Source: a bacterium (GTDB lineage Bacteria > Hinthialibacterota > Hinthialibacteria > Hinthialibacterales > Hinthialibacteraceae). Taken from it: 64,000 nucleotides of DNA. The notes below the pieces were generated by a model. That model searched no databases. It saw only the letters and a list, made by a program, of their open reading frames with translations, and was not told the origin of the DNA. The stretch is taken from the NCBI GenBank assembly GCA_963662285.2, contig CAXXMV010000008.1:416001-480000 (forward strand), in the 5' to 3' direction. Positions 1 through 9,514 of the stretch are shown in pieces. The translations under genes were made by a program, and so were the position numbers. Each line of letters starts with the position of its first letter. The stretch's first letter is position 1.

Positions 1-187
1 ATCCTTGATGGTCAATAAACGTTCCAAAATAAAGTCACCTATACAAACGTACTTTTTAGTTGAATACTGTTAATTTCTATCGAATCAATAGTTTGGGTTG
101 GTATTATAAAATACAAAATGCGTCCGCTGGGCAAGCTGAGACGCTACTAATTCTTTAGTTATTTTTTTTATTATTATAATAACACAC

Positions 188-201
188 TTGACTATCGTCA
201 A
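188..201. promoter_or_regulatory. Palindrome TTGAC-N4-GTCAA (CRP/FNR-family-like box) upstream of the 309..542 ORF
   Basis: TTGACTATCGTCAA seen directly; resembles the FNR-type TTGAY-N4-RTCAA consensus; could also be a -35 element. Confidence 0.35.
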
Positions 202-308
202 TGATTGGTCACAATTATACATAGATGTCAAGCGTTGTCAATAAGGTTCATAGGATTGTTTGTTTTTTATATATGATTCATTAGATTATATTAATTAAGG
301 AGTAGGAA

Positions 309-542
309 ATGATTGATATTAGCAATGTAGTTGAATTAAACGATGTTGAATTTAATGTAGGCGACCGCGTGAGCTTTAATCCTCAAGATAATGAAGAAGG
401 TTCGATTGAATCTATCAGACTGATTTCCGAAGGCAGACTGGTAGAGAGTTACAAAGGCGCTGCTGACCGCATTGTCGTCACCATCCACATGAAAGATTCC
501 ATCATCAACAAGCGCGGCATGGATATTATGCATATCGGATAA
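309..542 (+). CDS. Small hypothetical protein (77 aa), possible SH3/KOW-like beta barrel
   Basis: AAGGAG RBS upstream of ATG; F-x-VGD-x-V pattern (FNVGDRV) typical of small beta-barrel domains. Confidence 0.6.
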   Translation: MIDISNVVELNDVEFNVGDRVSFNPQDNEEGSIESIRLISEGRLVESYKGAADRIVVTIHMKDSIINKRGMDIMHIG

Positions 543-580
543 GTAGTCCCCATAAGTCGTTTACAGACTTACTGGAACAA

Positions 581-617
581 ACCCCTCTCCCCCAATTCGG
601 GGGAGGTTATAGAGGGT
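581..617. repeat. REP-like palindrome, C-rich/G-rich family, copy 1
   Basis: acccctctcccccaattcggggggaggttatagagggt; hairpin related to copies at 21263, 23759, 33628, 55317. Confidence 0.55.
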
Positions 618-796
618 ATTTTTTTTGTCTGAATCTGGATATCCAGGATGAAAGGATTACCTGGATTGCATATTATCGGGTGATTACGATAATTAATGGT
701 TCTAGGTTCACGGGGGCGCCTATTATTATTTCAAAAGAGATTTGTTATCTCAACTTGGGTACAGGGATATCTAGCGAACTTAATTCTATCAACTAC

Positions 797-1402
797 CTAT
801 TGATAAATCCGGGCGCTGGTGCTTACAATATCTCCATTGGAATTCATTCCATTGCTTGAATTGTAAAAAGCGCCTCCATCACCATTGCTGCCTGCTTTAC
901 TTGGATTATTGAGTGATCTTAAACCTCCAGCCCAATCGGTCCAGGCCCAATCGGTATCACCATCCGGACCGGAAGAGATGCAGACATACGAGACTCCTGC
1001 GGATTTATATTCTTTAACTCGCGCTTGTCCACCAGATGTATTAGGTTCATTACCCAACCTAAGCGATGCGCCATATTCATAATATTTGCGCTCGCCTTGC
1101 TTTGGCGGGAAAATATCTCTTACCACGCCATAGCCACTGATATACGCAACAGGAGTTGTCAGCGGTTGATAACTGGAACCATTAACCGTCTCATCTCCAC
1201 GATCCATCGGAGGCCATCCACTATCGACTTCATATAAACTGATAGCAGTCTGGAGAGCTTTCATATTACCATAGCACTGAGCAATCTTGGCTCTGATCTG
1301 AGCATTCAAGAAATTCGGTACGGCGATAGCGGCTAGAATCCCGATAATCGCAACAACAATCAATAACTCAATCAAAGTAAAACCATTAAGCCTTTTCTTC
1401 AT
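797..1402 (-). CDS. Type IV pilin / T2SS pseudopilin-like protein (prepilin N-terminal methylation motif)
   Basis: MKKRLNG/FTLIELLIVVAIIGILAAIAVPNF class III signal peptide; start re-assigned to ATG 1402 with GAGGAG RBS. Confidence 0.93.
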   Translation of the reverse strand: MKKRLNGFTLIELLIVVAIIGILAAIAVPNFLNAQIRAKIAQCYGNMKALQTAISLYEVDSGWPPMDRGDETVNGSSYQPLTTPVAYISGYGVVRDIFPPKQGERKYYEYGASLRLGNEPNTSGGQARVKEYKSAGVSYVCISSGPDGDTDWAWTDWAGGLRSLNNPSKAGSNGDGGAFYNSSNGMNSNGDIVSTSARIYQ

Positions 1403-1472
1403 GTTTAACTCCTCAATAATCGCTATTAAGCTTTTTACGATAGTTGCCATCAAACAATAACATTATCGTTAA

Positions 1473-1494
1473 TGTAAATATAGGCATATTTACA
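1473..1494. promoter_or_regulatory. Perfect inverted repeat TGTAAATAT-N4-ATATTTACA upstream of the pilin; probable regulator binding site
   Basis: 9-bp perfect arms seen directly ~70 bp upstream of the pilin start. Confidence 0.45.
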
Positions 1495-1536
1495 ATATTC
1501 TTTTAAAATATATCTATTATCCTGATGAATTATAAG

Positions 1537-1577
1537 AAAAAAGACCGTAGTCACAGGGAGAGACTACGGTCAAAAAA
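1537..1577 (-). terminator. Rho-independent terminator
   Basis: 10-bp perfect stem GACCGTAGTC/GACTACGGTC followed by a U6 tract on the minus strand. Confidence 0.8.
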
Positions 1578-1779
1578 TGTGGAATAGGGAATGCCGAACA
1601 ATCCCCATATAATTTATAACCTAATTTATGTTTTTGTAAAGCCCCCATGATTTAATTTTTTTACAATATAACCACCCTATTTTACATAGGTTCCATACAA
1701 ACCTCTCTCAACATTGGTTAATTGATCTTTTTTATAAACTTTAGGGCACTATTTATACCAATAATGATACAATGATAAT

Positions 1780-2802
1780 CTATCCAATCATGGAATCTTC
1801 GCTGCCCCGGTTAATCATAATCTCTCCAGATTCTTCCAAACGCCTGATAATGGCAACGATTTTCTGCTGAGCCTCTTCCACCTGCTTAACGCGAACTGGA
1901 CCCATAAATTCCATATCTTCACGAATATTATCCGCCGCGCGTGATGATACATTGCTGAAAATTTTGTTCTTGACTTCTTCGTTGCCGCCTTTCAATGCGA
2001 CGGCCATTTCTTTCATATCCACTTCACGCAGCACCTGCTGAATAGCGCGGTCGTCAAGCAGAATAACATCGTCGAAGGTGAACATCAGTTTTTTGATTTC
2101 AACCGCCAGTTCCTGATTCTCTTCTTCGATGGTCTCCATGATGGCTTTCTCGGTTGCGCGGTCAACCCGGTTGAGTAATTCAGCCAGAGCTTCGATACCG
2201 CCTGCAATGGAGAACTCCTGCGACAGAACCGTGGCGATTTTGCGCTCCAGCACCCGCTCAACTTCAGAGATGATTTCCGGCGAGGTCTGATCCATAGTGG
2301 CTATGCGCAATGCAACTTCGGTCTGCATTTCGGGAGGCAGGGCCGACATAATGACGGCTGACTGATCGAATTCCAAATGCGCCAGAATCAGAGCAACCGT
2401 CTGGGGATGCTCGCTCTGAATAAAGTTAAGCAGATGATTGGGATCAATTTTTTTGAGGAAATCGAAAGGCGTACCTTGCAGCATACCCTGTAGACGCTCG
2501 ATGATTTCCATAGCCTTGCCTGGTCCAAGCGCTTTTTCGAGTATCTCGCGGGCGGTAGAGATGCCGCCATGCGCGATGTATTGCTTGGCCATAGAGGTAT
2601 GATAGAACTCTTCGATTACATGCGAGGTTTGTTCTTGAGGGATATTACCAATATTCGCCACTTCCAGAGTGATTTGCTCTATTTCATCATCACTTAAACA
2701 GCGGTATACATCAGAGGCGATATCAGGACCCAGCGTAACCATCAAAATGGCCGCTTTTTTCCTGCCTGTCATTTTTGGTTTGTCTGATGAACCTCGTACC
2801 AT
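1780..2802 (-). CDS. fliG: Flagellar motor switch protein FliG
   Basis: Full-length 340 aa; KAAIL N-terminus, EHPQ motif, GG linker, MFTF motif, SRAADNIREDM..GPVR torque helix. Confidence 0.96.
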   Translation of the reverse strand: MVRGSSDKPKMTGRKKAAILMVTLGPDIASDVYRCLSDDEIEQITLEVANIGNIPQEQTSHVIEEFYHTSMAKQYIAHGGISTAREILEKALGPGKAMEIIERLQGMLQGTPFDFLKKIDPNHLLNFIQSEHPQTVALILAHLEFDQSAVIMSALPPEMQTEVALRIATMDQTSPEIISEVERVLERKIATVLSQEFSIAGGIEALAELLNRVDRATEKAIMETIEEENQELAVEIKKLMFTFDDVILLDDRAIQQVLREVDMKEMAVALKGGNEEVKNKIFSNVSSRAADNIREDMEFMGPVRVKQVEEAQQKIVAIIRRLEESGEIMINRGSEDSMIG

Positions 2803-2902
2803 GGCGCTTCACAATTTCTTTGTTCGGGATATTTATAATATTGACTTTTATATTATAGATAGCAAATTGTGTTTTTCAATAATTTTTATTAAAATTCATT
2901 AA

Positions 2903-4009
2903 CTATCTTCTGCGATTACGAAACGCCATACCAATTCTATTTGAATTGGAAGAACCTTTTTGCTGCGGAGAACCTGATTGGTTCAGTTCTGTATCAGAGT
3001 CAAACCTGTTCAATAACTGCTCTATTTCATTATCGGTTAATGCTTCTCCATCTTTATGAATATCCTCCATAATTTTTATCTTGTCACTCATAACATCCTT
3101 AAAATAGGAACATTGATCGATTTCTTTTTCTCTATTATTAATAAAAAATTCTAAACTTTTCCTCATAACACTGAAAATTTGGGTTAAACCATCATATCCC
3201 AATGCATCTAATTCTATAGATTCCATTAATTCTTCCCACTGGACTATCCTCTTCAATTGCAGCCTTTCACACTCTAATAAATCATTAATAAGGTTTTTTA
3301 AGAACGCCTTATTAATTTCAGGATTATTGTAATCACATCTGTTTTGCAGTAATTCCTCAACCTTCACTAAATCTTCTATTCCATATCCAAGAGTTTTAAC
3401 ATCTATATAACCATTCTCTATCATGGTTCGAGTGATTCTACATCTTTCTATTAGAGAGAACTCTTCTTTAATGAAATTATCACAATAAATTTCCTGATCA
3501 TTAATATTGCTCAACAATTTATTGACTATTTTTCTGTTATTATCAATATTAATTTTACTTTTCTTATATTCACCATTCATATGATGTTTCAGATTTTCAA
3601 GCAACACAGCATCATTAGCAACCGATTGAACAATATGACGGATATTCTTATGGTGGTAAGCAAGTATTTCCCGACTGGTAAGTTTCCAGAGAGGATCATT
3701 GCCGTTAAGCTCCATACCACGGTTAGAGTTTTCCAATTTCAAGATCAACGTATTGAGCATTTCTTCATCTAACCAATACGCTCCATTTTCAGTAAAAATA
3801 CAGGTGATTTTCTCTGAAGATAATTTTGAATTTATAACTTCACTATATTGAGTCAATTTATATTGCACTTGAGTGATAGAATCATCATTAATTTCAGATA
3901 GAAATTCTTTATTAAACAATTTCTCGAAAGACAGAAAAAAAATCGTTTCAAAATCAAATGAATTACTCAGTATATCAGGAGCAAAAAAGAAAGGTTTGTT
4001 GATAGACAT
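2903..4009 (-). CDS. Hypothetical coiled-coil protein, AT-rich, with a weak CheZ-like signature
   Basis: 368-aa ORF; helical E/K/L-rich composition; D-x3-Q motif (YDGLTQ) and LTDNEIEQLL near the C-terminus. Confidence 0.7.
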   Translation of the reverse strand: MSINKPFFFAPDILSNSFDFETIFFLSFEKLFNKEFLSEINDDSITQVQYKLTQYSEVINSKLSSEKITCIFTENGAYWLDEEMLNTLILKLENSNRGMELNGNDPLWKLTSREILAYHHKNIRHIVQSVANDAVLLENLKHHMNGEYKKSKINIDNNRKIVNKLLSNINDQEIYCDNFIKEEFSLIERCRITRTMIENGYIDVKTLGYGIEDLVKVEELLQNRCDYNNPEINKAFLKNLINDLLECERLQLKRIVQWEELMESIELDALGYDGLTQIFSVMRKSLEFFINNREKEIDQCSYFKDVMSDKIKIMEDIHKDGEALTDNEIEQLLNRFDSDTELNQSGSPQQKGSSNSNRIGMAFRNRRR

Positions 4010-4371
4010 AAAAATTTCCAGAAAACTTTGGGTTTAAATAACTTAAATATATATATCAATAATTTTTTTTAAGTGATTCTAAAATTACGAGTATTTAAGC
4101 AGCAATTCTAATTGACTAATTGCAGTATAGAGCGACTCAAAAAAGAAGATTATTTGATCAAATATTTAAACTTCACAATAAGATTTTGTTTATAGAAAAA
4201 ATATTTAAAAGCAGCTGATAAATTGTACTATTGTTATATATAAAGCATGTAAGGGAATTCCTGATTTTTTGTAAGATTATCCCTAAACTTTATAAGTTCC
4301 TTGAAACGTTGTATTGAATGTACATACTTCTCAGAACCATTCAAACCTCATACATATATGAAGAAGCAAAA

Positions 4372-4403
4372 AAAACCCCGATCTAGCAATAGACCGGGGT
4401 TTT
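4372..4403 (-). terminator. Rho-independent terminator after the secretin gene
   Basis: AAAACCCCG-ATCTA-GCAA-TAGAC-CGGGGTTTT hairpin with poly-U on the minus strand, ~20 bp past the stop. Confidence 0.8.
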
Positions 4404-4421
4404 ATTTTAATTTTATTCAGA

Positions 4422-7400
4422 TTACAAACTAGGTTCGATAACACGAGCGGTAACAAAGATAAGAGTCGATGATTTTTCGCTTTCGATCCTTCGGTCTATA
4501 AACAGGTTTCCTAGGAATGGAATTTTGGAAAGAAGAGGCACGGCGTCTTTAACTTCACTCTTTCTTTCACTAATCATTCCACCAAGAACCATAGTAGAAC
4601 CGTTCTTCATACGAACGCTGGTTTTTAAATATTGCTGATTGAGAAGCAAGGGGCCAATATTAGGAATTTCCTGCCCTGGAGGAGCGGTTCCGCTAAGAGT
4701 AACAGGAAGTCGTTCACCAGGTTCAATAACCTGTGGATTCAACTCAAGGTAAATATGATCATCATTGAGAATGAATGGAATGCAAGCCAACATGCTGCCA
4801 ACGAATGTACGTTCAAAATTAGCGGTTAAACGGTTATTAGTTGGATCGTCATCACCCTGATCATCAAAATCGACGGTGTCAGCATAAGGAATCTGCTGTC
4901 CGACGAAGACCAAAGGAGGATCTGTAGGATTAGCGACGGATAGATATTTAGGAGCATTAAGTAATTGGAAGCTTGAGGTCGATTCCAGCAGATTCATCAA
5001 GAAATCCACACGGGAACTTCCAAAAGTATGAAGACCTAAATTTAATCCTTCTCCACCAGTAGTAGAAGATGCGGTCATACTCATTTGCATCTGTTCCGGG
5101 TTCAAGGAAATTTTATCAACCAACGGATCAGTCAGAATGTAATCAAAGTTAATGGTACGGAGATCGTTGAGTGAAACGCGAACTGTACGGGTTTCGATTT
5201 CGACCATGCGTTGAGCTTTATCAAAAGTAGTGATAATGCGTGAAACCAAATCAATTGATTCCTGGTCAGGCGTCAAAACAACAATACTGTTGGTGTTAGG
5301 ATCAGGATAGAAACGAACTGCCATAAACTGAAGCAGATCAGAACTTCCACCACCGCCTGTCAGGTTGAAACGGCTACGGGTGGTTTCTTCATAAAGGCTT
5401 CCAGCATCGATATTATCACCTTCTTCAGATGAACCAATCGATTGGAATGAATCCTGGCTTAAGAACATGGAACGAGTGGATTGCTGTGAATCAAAGAACA
5501 CATAAGCCAAAGCATCAGCAATATCGAATACATTAACATGCTTGATTAAAAAACGCTCAATAAGAAGGTCCTGAGTGCTTTCACCCCGGACGCTGGCCAG
5601 ATAATCTTCGACTCGACGAATGTTCTCGCGAGTATCGACTACGTCAATAGTGCCCCGTTGAGGATTAGGCATAATCTGACGGCCTTGCAGTTTGGCGGCA
5701 TCACGTCCTTCACGGGCGAAGAGCATCTTTTCGATGATCTCAGCGATAGCTGTGACGAACTCTTCACGACGCAACAAAGCTTCTGGCGTATTCTCAACAT
5801 CGTCCATGTCAGTAATAGTAAACTGTTGCGCTACAAGGACGCCTTCTTCCAACTGTTGGGTGATTTGAGCACTGGAAAGAATTGCTTCAACTTCATTAAT
5901 ATTTTCAGGATAATCAATAACAATTAATACATTGGAGTTTGGTTCGAGATAGAGAGCACGCTTGGGATTATTGATATCATAGGCGCCCTGGCCTTTATAA
6001 AGGACCAGTTTGACTATCTCAAATATCTCTTTAGCGATGTCTTTATCTAACTTATAGGTATTGGTTTGTAATGGTTTCAACTCACCTGTAATTACCGGCA
6101 TATCTTTAAAGAATGCTTCGACGCGTCGCAGGTTGGCTTTTGTATCGGTTACCACCAAAGAACGGCTGGTATTATTCAGATACAGTTGTTTGCCAGGAAC
6201 TTTAAACTCATCACCGGGACCATAAAGGATTGTAACAAGGCTTTTACTGGAATCATCCAGTACGTTACTATCTTTAATGATCAATTCCAAAGTTTTATAC
6301 TGGTCTTCAGTTAGTGGGAAGACGCGCGTTTCAAAACCTTGTTCGACGAAAATTGTTCCTTCTTCGCGCTTCCAGATGAAACCATATTGTTTCTGAATCA
6401 GGTTAAGCACTTCGCGAACCGAAGAGTTTTTCACTTCGAAAGCAACTTTACCTGCCAGGTTTTCACCCATCATAATGTTAAGGCCGCTAATTTTGCTGAG
6501 GGTACTCAGGACATTTTTTATATCCAGGCTTTCACCCTCAGTAGAATATTGCATAATGGGTTCATCTAGCTTTTTTTCAAAAGCAGATTCTTCAGCAGCA
6601 AGTTTCTCTGCTGATTTTAAGGTTTCTATTGCCTGATTGTATTCAGTTTCAGTATTGGCCAGATAAGTCTGAGCCAATGGATGATCCGGGAAAATTTCCA
6701 ACGCCTGATTCCACTTTTCAACCGCTTCTATGATGCGTCCCTCTTTATAAAGAATAACGCCTTCACGGAAAACGGAATCAGCTGTCTTGGATTTCGCCGA
6801 AATATCTTTTGCATCAACCACCTGCTGGGCAGCCATGTCTGCTTTTTTGACGACGGAACGTTTTTGATAAACCTGATTCAACAGAACATCAACACGCTTG
6901 TCATCAGGAGCGATCATTTTGGCGCGTTGCAACTCAAGCTCAGCTTTGTCGAATTGATCAAGTTCCAGATAAGTCGTTCCTTTTTGCAGAAAACTTTCAA
7001 GTTCAGAAAGGTTGTAATCCATAACATCCTTACGGGCTTTATCAGAATTAACTCTTTCCTTATTGATCGCAGTCAAAAAAGTATCAATAGTTTTCTTTGA
7101 TTTTTCATCACCTTTTTTAACTTTTTTCTGCGCTTTGATCAAAATTGATTCAGCTCCGGCTAAATCACCGTCACGCATCATGCCTTCCGCTACTTTTATC
7201 ATGTCTTGAGCGGAGAGATCGTTTGCGATAACCGTTGAATTCGCATCCAGCGACATTCCAGAACTATTCAATTTAACAAGTTCAGCTCGAGCTTGTTTAT
7301 TCTGAGGATCAAGGGTCAAAACTTGCTGAAAAAGCGAAACTGCCTTCTCTTGATTCCCCGCGCGAACCTCGTTTCGCGCCATACGGAGAAGAGCACTAGA

Positions 7401-7595
7401 CTGCGCCTTCACCGATTTAGTGGTATCGCTCTTAGCCAGACCGGCTAACACTGGCAGTAAAGCAGTGTTATTCGAACTAGCAGAACCCGCCAAATTGCTC
7501 CCCAGAAACAGACCACTAATAATTACCAAAGATACCAATCGTATGGTATAGGTCCGTGTTTTAGGATGTCTCCAATGCGGAAAAACAGAAACCAT
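4422..7595 (-). CDS. Secretin (GspD/PilQ family) with an N-terminal TPR extension
   Basis: C-terminal secretin signature (VRMKNGSTMVLGGMI...VPLLSKIPFLGNLF...LIFVTARVI); several N3-type repeats (NTNSIVV, SNVLIVID); N0-like domain; N-terminal TPR helices; signal peptide; AAGGAG RBS. Confidence 0.92.
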   Translation of the reverse strand: MVSVFPHWRHPKTRTYTIRLVSLVIISGLFLGSNLAGSASSNNTALLPVLAGLAKSDTTKSVKAQSSALLRMARNEVRAGNQEKAVSLFQQVLTLDPQNKQARAELVKLNSSGMSLDANSTVIANDLSAQDMIKVAEGMMRDGDLAGAESILIKAQKKVKKGDEKSKKTIDTFLTAINKERVNSDKARKDVMDYNLSELESFLQKGTTYLELDQFDKAELELQRAKMIAPDDKRVDVLLNQVYQKRSVVKKADMAAQQVVDAKDISAKSKTADSVFREGVILYKEGRIIEAVEKWNQALEIFPDHPLAQTYLANTETEYNQAIETLKSAEKLAAEESAFEKKLDEPIMQYSTEGESLDIKNVLSTLSKISGLNIMMGENLAGKVAFEVKNSSVREVLNLIQKQYGFIWKREEGTIFVEQGFETRVFPLTEDQYKTLELIIKDSNVLDDSSKSLVTILYGPGDEFKVPGKQLYLNNTSRSLVVTDTKANLRRVEAFFKDMPVITGELKPLQTNTYKLDKDIAKEIFEIVKLVLYKGQGAYDINNPKRALYLEPNSNVLIVIDYPENINEVEAILSSAQITQQLEEGVLVAQQFTITDMDDVENTPEALLRREEFVTAIAEIIEKMLFAREGRDAAKLQGRQIMPNPQRGTIDVVDTRENIRRVEDYLASVRGESTQDLLIERFLIKHVNVFDIADALAYVFFDSQQSTRSMFLSQDSFQSIGSSEEGDNIDAGSLYEETTRSRFNLTGGGGSSDLLQFMAVRFYPDPNTNSIVVLTPDQESIDLVSRIITTFDKAQRMVEIETRTVRVSLNDLRTINFDYILTDPLVDKISLNPEQMQMSMTASSTTGGEGLNLGLHTFGSSRVDFLMNLLESTSSFQLLNAPKYLSVANPTDPPLVFVGQQIPYADTVDFDDQGDDDPTNNRLTANFERTFVGSMLACIPFILNDDHIYLELNPQVIEPGERLPVTLSGTAPPGQEIPNIGPLLLNQQYLKTSVRMKNGSTMVLGGMISERKSEVKDAVPLLSKIPFLGNLFIDRRIESEKSSTLIFVTARVIEPSL

Positions 7596-7865
7596 CTAAG
7601 TCTCTCCTTACTCTATCAGCCAAATGATGCCGATCTAATGGAACTGAAAAAAACGGTGCAAAAAAATAAAAATGTTGCATTGCAACCTTTCTTTCTTGAT
7701 ATTTAACCCGAACCGGAAAATCCGAACATTCGGGAGATTAAACTATTTATTTAACTCAGGTTATAACGCTGTTTCGCTATAGAAACATCTTTTACTGCTC
7801 GGTCATTAAAATAAGCACGACAAAACATTGTATATCAAAAAACATCAGTACAGGATGTAATAAAC

Positions 7866-9431
7866 CTAATTTGCTTGATTAATATCTACTTTTGCAGATG
7901 TGTATCCAGGTTTTGAGAGTATAACAAAGCTGCCATCACTGTCAACTTCCTTAAGTGCGATTAAGGTTTTTCTATCTTTCTCGCCTAGAGATAAAGTCAG
8001 GGTATTGACTTTTCTTCTGGAACGGGATGTTTTATCATAATACTGAATCTGATATTTACTTGCCCGCTTAACTACTTTGATAAAATCATAGTCTTTGGTC
8101 AACTCAGGAGGTTTCCGAACCTTGGTTTTCAGTTGGGTTTCACGATCAGTTATTTGATTGCGCAAAGTGGCGTTAATGGCGCCGCCGCCCAGGTTCCGCA
8201 AACCAACCAGTTCATCCAGAAAAGCAATCTTAGTCTTGGCATCGAACTGTTCGTATTGACCTTGATTAATGAAATCTACTTGCTGCTTTATAAAATCGTC
8301 CGCCTTCTGAATTACCAGTTCAGCTCTTCGTACTATAGATGAAGATATTTTCTGCTGCAATGCATCATCTTGAGGATTAATCGACAAAGCCATTTGCATA
8401 ACTTGTATAGCGGCTTTGGATTCAACCATATCCATAGCTGTGATAGACCGCTGGAACTGCTGATCCGCCTGTAGGCATAGGTCAGAGTATCCAGATTTCA
8501 ACTTTTCCTGTATTTGAGTGATAAGCGCAACAAGAAGATTTCGCTCGCTCTGGGGAACCATATTGAAATTGGCGTCTATCTGATTCAATCTGGCCTGAAT
8601 CTGATTCAGGTTCAGCATTGATTTCAGCAGGGCAATCAAATCATTCTGCGCCAGAAGTTGTTGAGCCTGATTGGTTCCTTTTTGCAATTCACTCTTAAGC
8701 AAAGAAGTCTGAACCGACTGCCATTTCTGAAAGACGCCTTGCTGCAGCGTCTTAACTTTCGTCAGATTATCTGCTCCGATAGATGCGCCATCAGGATCTG
8801 CTGCTAAAGCATCACTCAAGGTTTTATTGGAGCGAGAATATACTTTCTCCGCCTCCAACAATTGCTTGGCAGCGGCAAAACGGTCACCTTCCTGGATATC
8901 GTTTTGCGCGCTGGTTAACATCCTGTCAAAGTTGCGTTTAAGATACTCACGCTGAGACCGCCTCTTATATTCCGAAGGCATGATAGGATAAGGAATGCGC
9001 GATTCGGTAACATCCAGTTTATTGACCACCAGATCAAACTGTTGAATAGCCGATTCATATTCTCCCGCATTGAAAAGACTAACTCCTCTGTTATACGTGT
9101 TTTCGACTTCTTCACGCATACGAAGCTGCTCTTGCGGAGAACCAAAGGGGCTGCTTGCAACGTTATACATCACACGGCTTCTTTTTTCCAATAAAGAATC
9201 AACTACATCCGTGGGTACAACAACTTTCTCAAGATTGCCGCCGGCATTTTTATTCTCTTCTTCGCTTGTTGCTTCTTGTATCAGGTCATCTACAGAAATA
9301 GAACTTTTCTGATATAAAAACCAACCACCATACAGCAGCAGTACGATTAATATTCCAATGAACAGAAAATCTTTTTTTGTTTCAAGAATTTCAGAAATGG
9401 CGTCTTTGTCTAACTTCAATTTGAGAGCCAA
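7866..9431 (-). CDS. Single-pass membrane TPR/coiled-coil protein at the PilO/PilP position
   Basis: TTG start with AAGGGAG RBS; N-terminal TM helix; TPR (YNRGVSLFNAGEYESAIQQF); beta-rich C-terminus; lies between the pilMN fusion and the secretin. Confidence 0.8.
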   Translation of the reverse strand: MALKLKLDKDAISEILETKKDFLFIGILIVLLLYGGWFLYQKSSISVDDLIQEATSEEENKNAGGNLEKVVVPTDVVDSLLEKRSRVMYNVASSPFGSPQEQLRMREEVENTYNRGVSLFNAGEYESAIQQFDLVVNKLDVTESRIPYPIMPSEYKRRSQREYLKRNFDRMLTSAQNDIQEGDRFAAAKQLLEAEKVYSRSNKTLSDALAADPDGASIGADNLTKVKTLQQGVFQKWQSVQTSLLKSELQKGTNQAQQLLAQNDLIALLKSMLNLNQIQARLNQIDANFNMVPQSERNLLVALITQIQEKLKSGYSDLCLQADQQFQRSITAMDMVESKAAIQVMQMALSINPQDDALQQKISSSIVRRAELVIQKADDFIKQQVDFINQGQYEQFDAKTKIAFLDELVGLRNLGGGAINATLRNQITDRETQLKTKVRKPPELTKDYDFIKVVKRASKYQIQYYDKTSRSRRKVNTLTLSLGEKDRKTLIALKEVDSDGSFVILSKPGYTSAKVDINQAN

Positions 9432-9514
9432 GTTTGTACTCCCTTACCTGTCAGGATTATTCTTCATTAACAATATATTACTTACAAAAAATACGAATAT
9501 TAATTTCAAGTAAA

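Noticed and set aside
120-146. Riboswitch in the small GC-rich hairpin GCGTC..GACGC
   Set aside because: Too short and matches no aptamer consensus I recognise
7596-7865. Sigma54 promoter upstream of the secretin (also checked by eye upstream of the cohesin and pilin genes)
   Set aside because: Candidates have wrong GG-GC spacing (e.g. CGGCATCATTTGGCT is N9); no convincing -24/-12 element found
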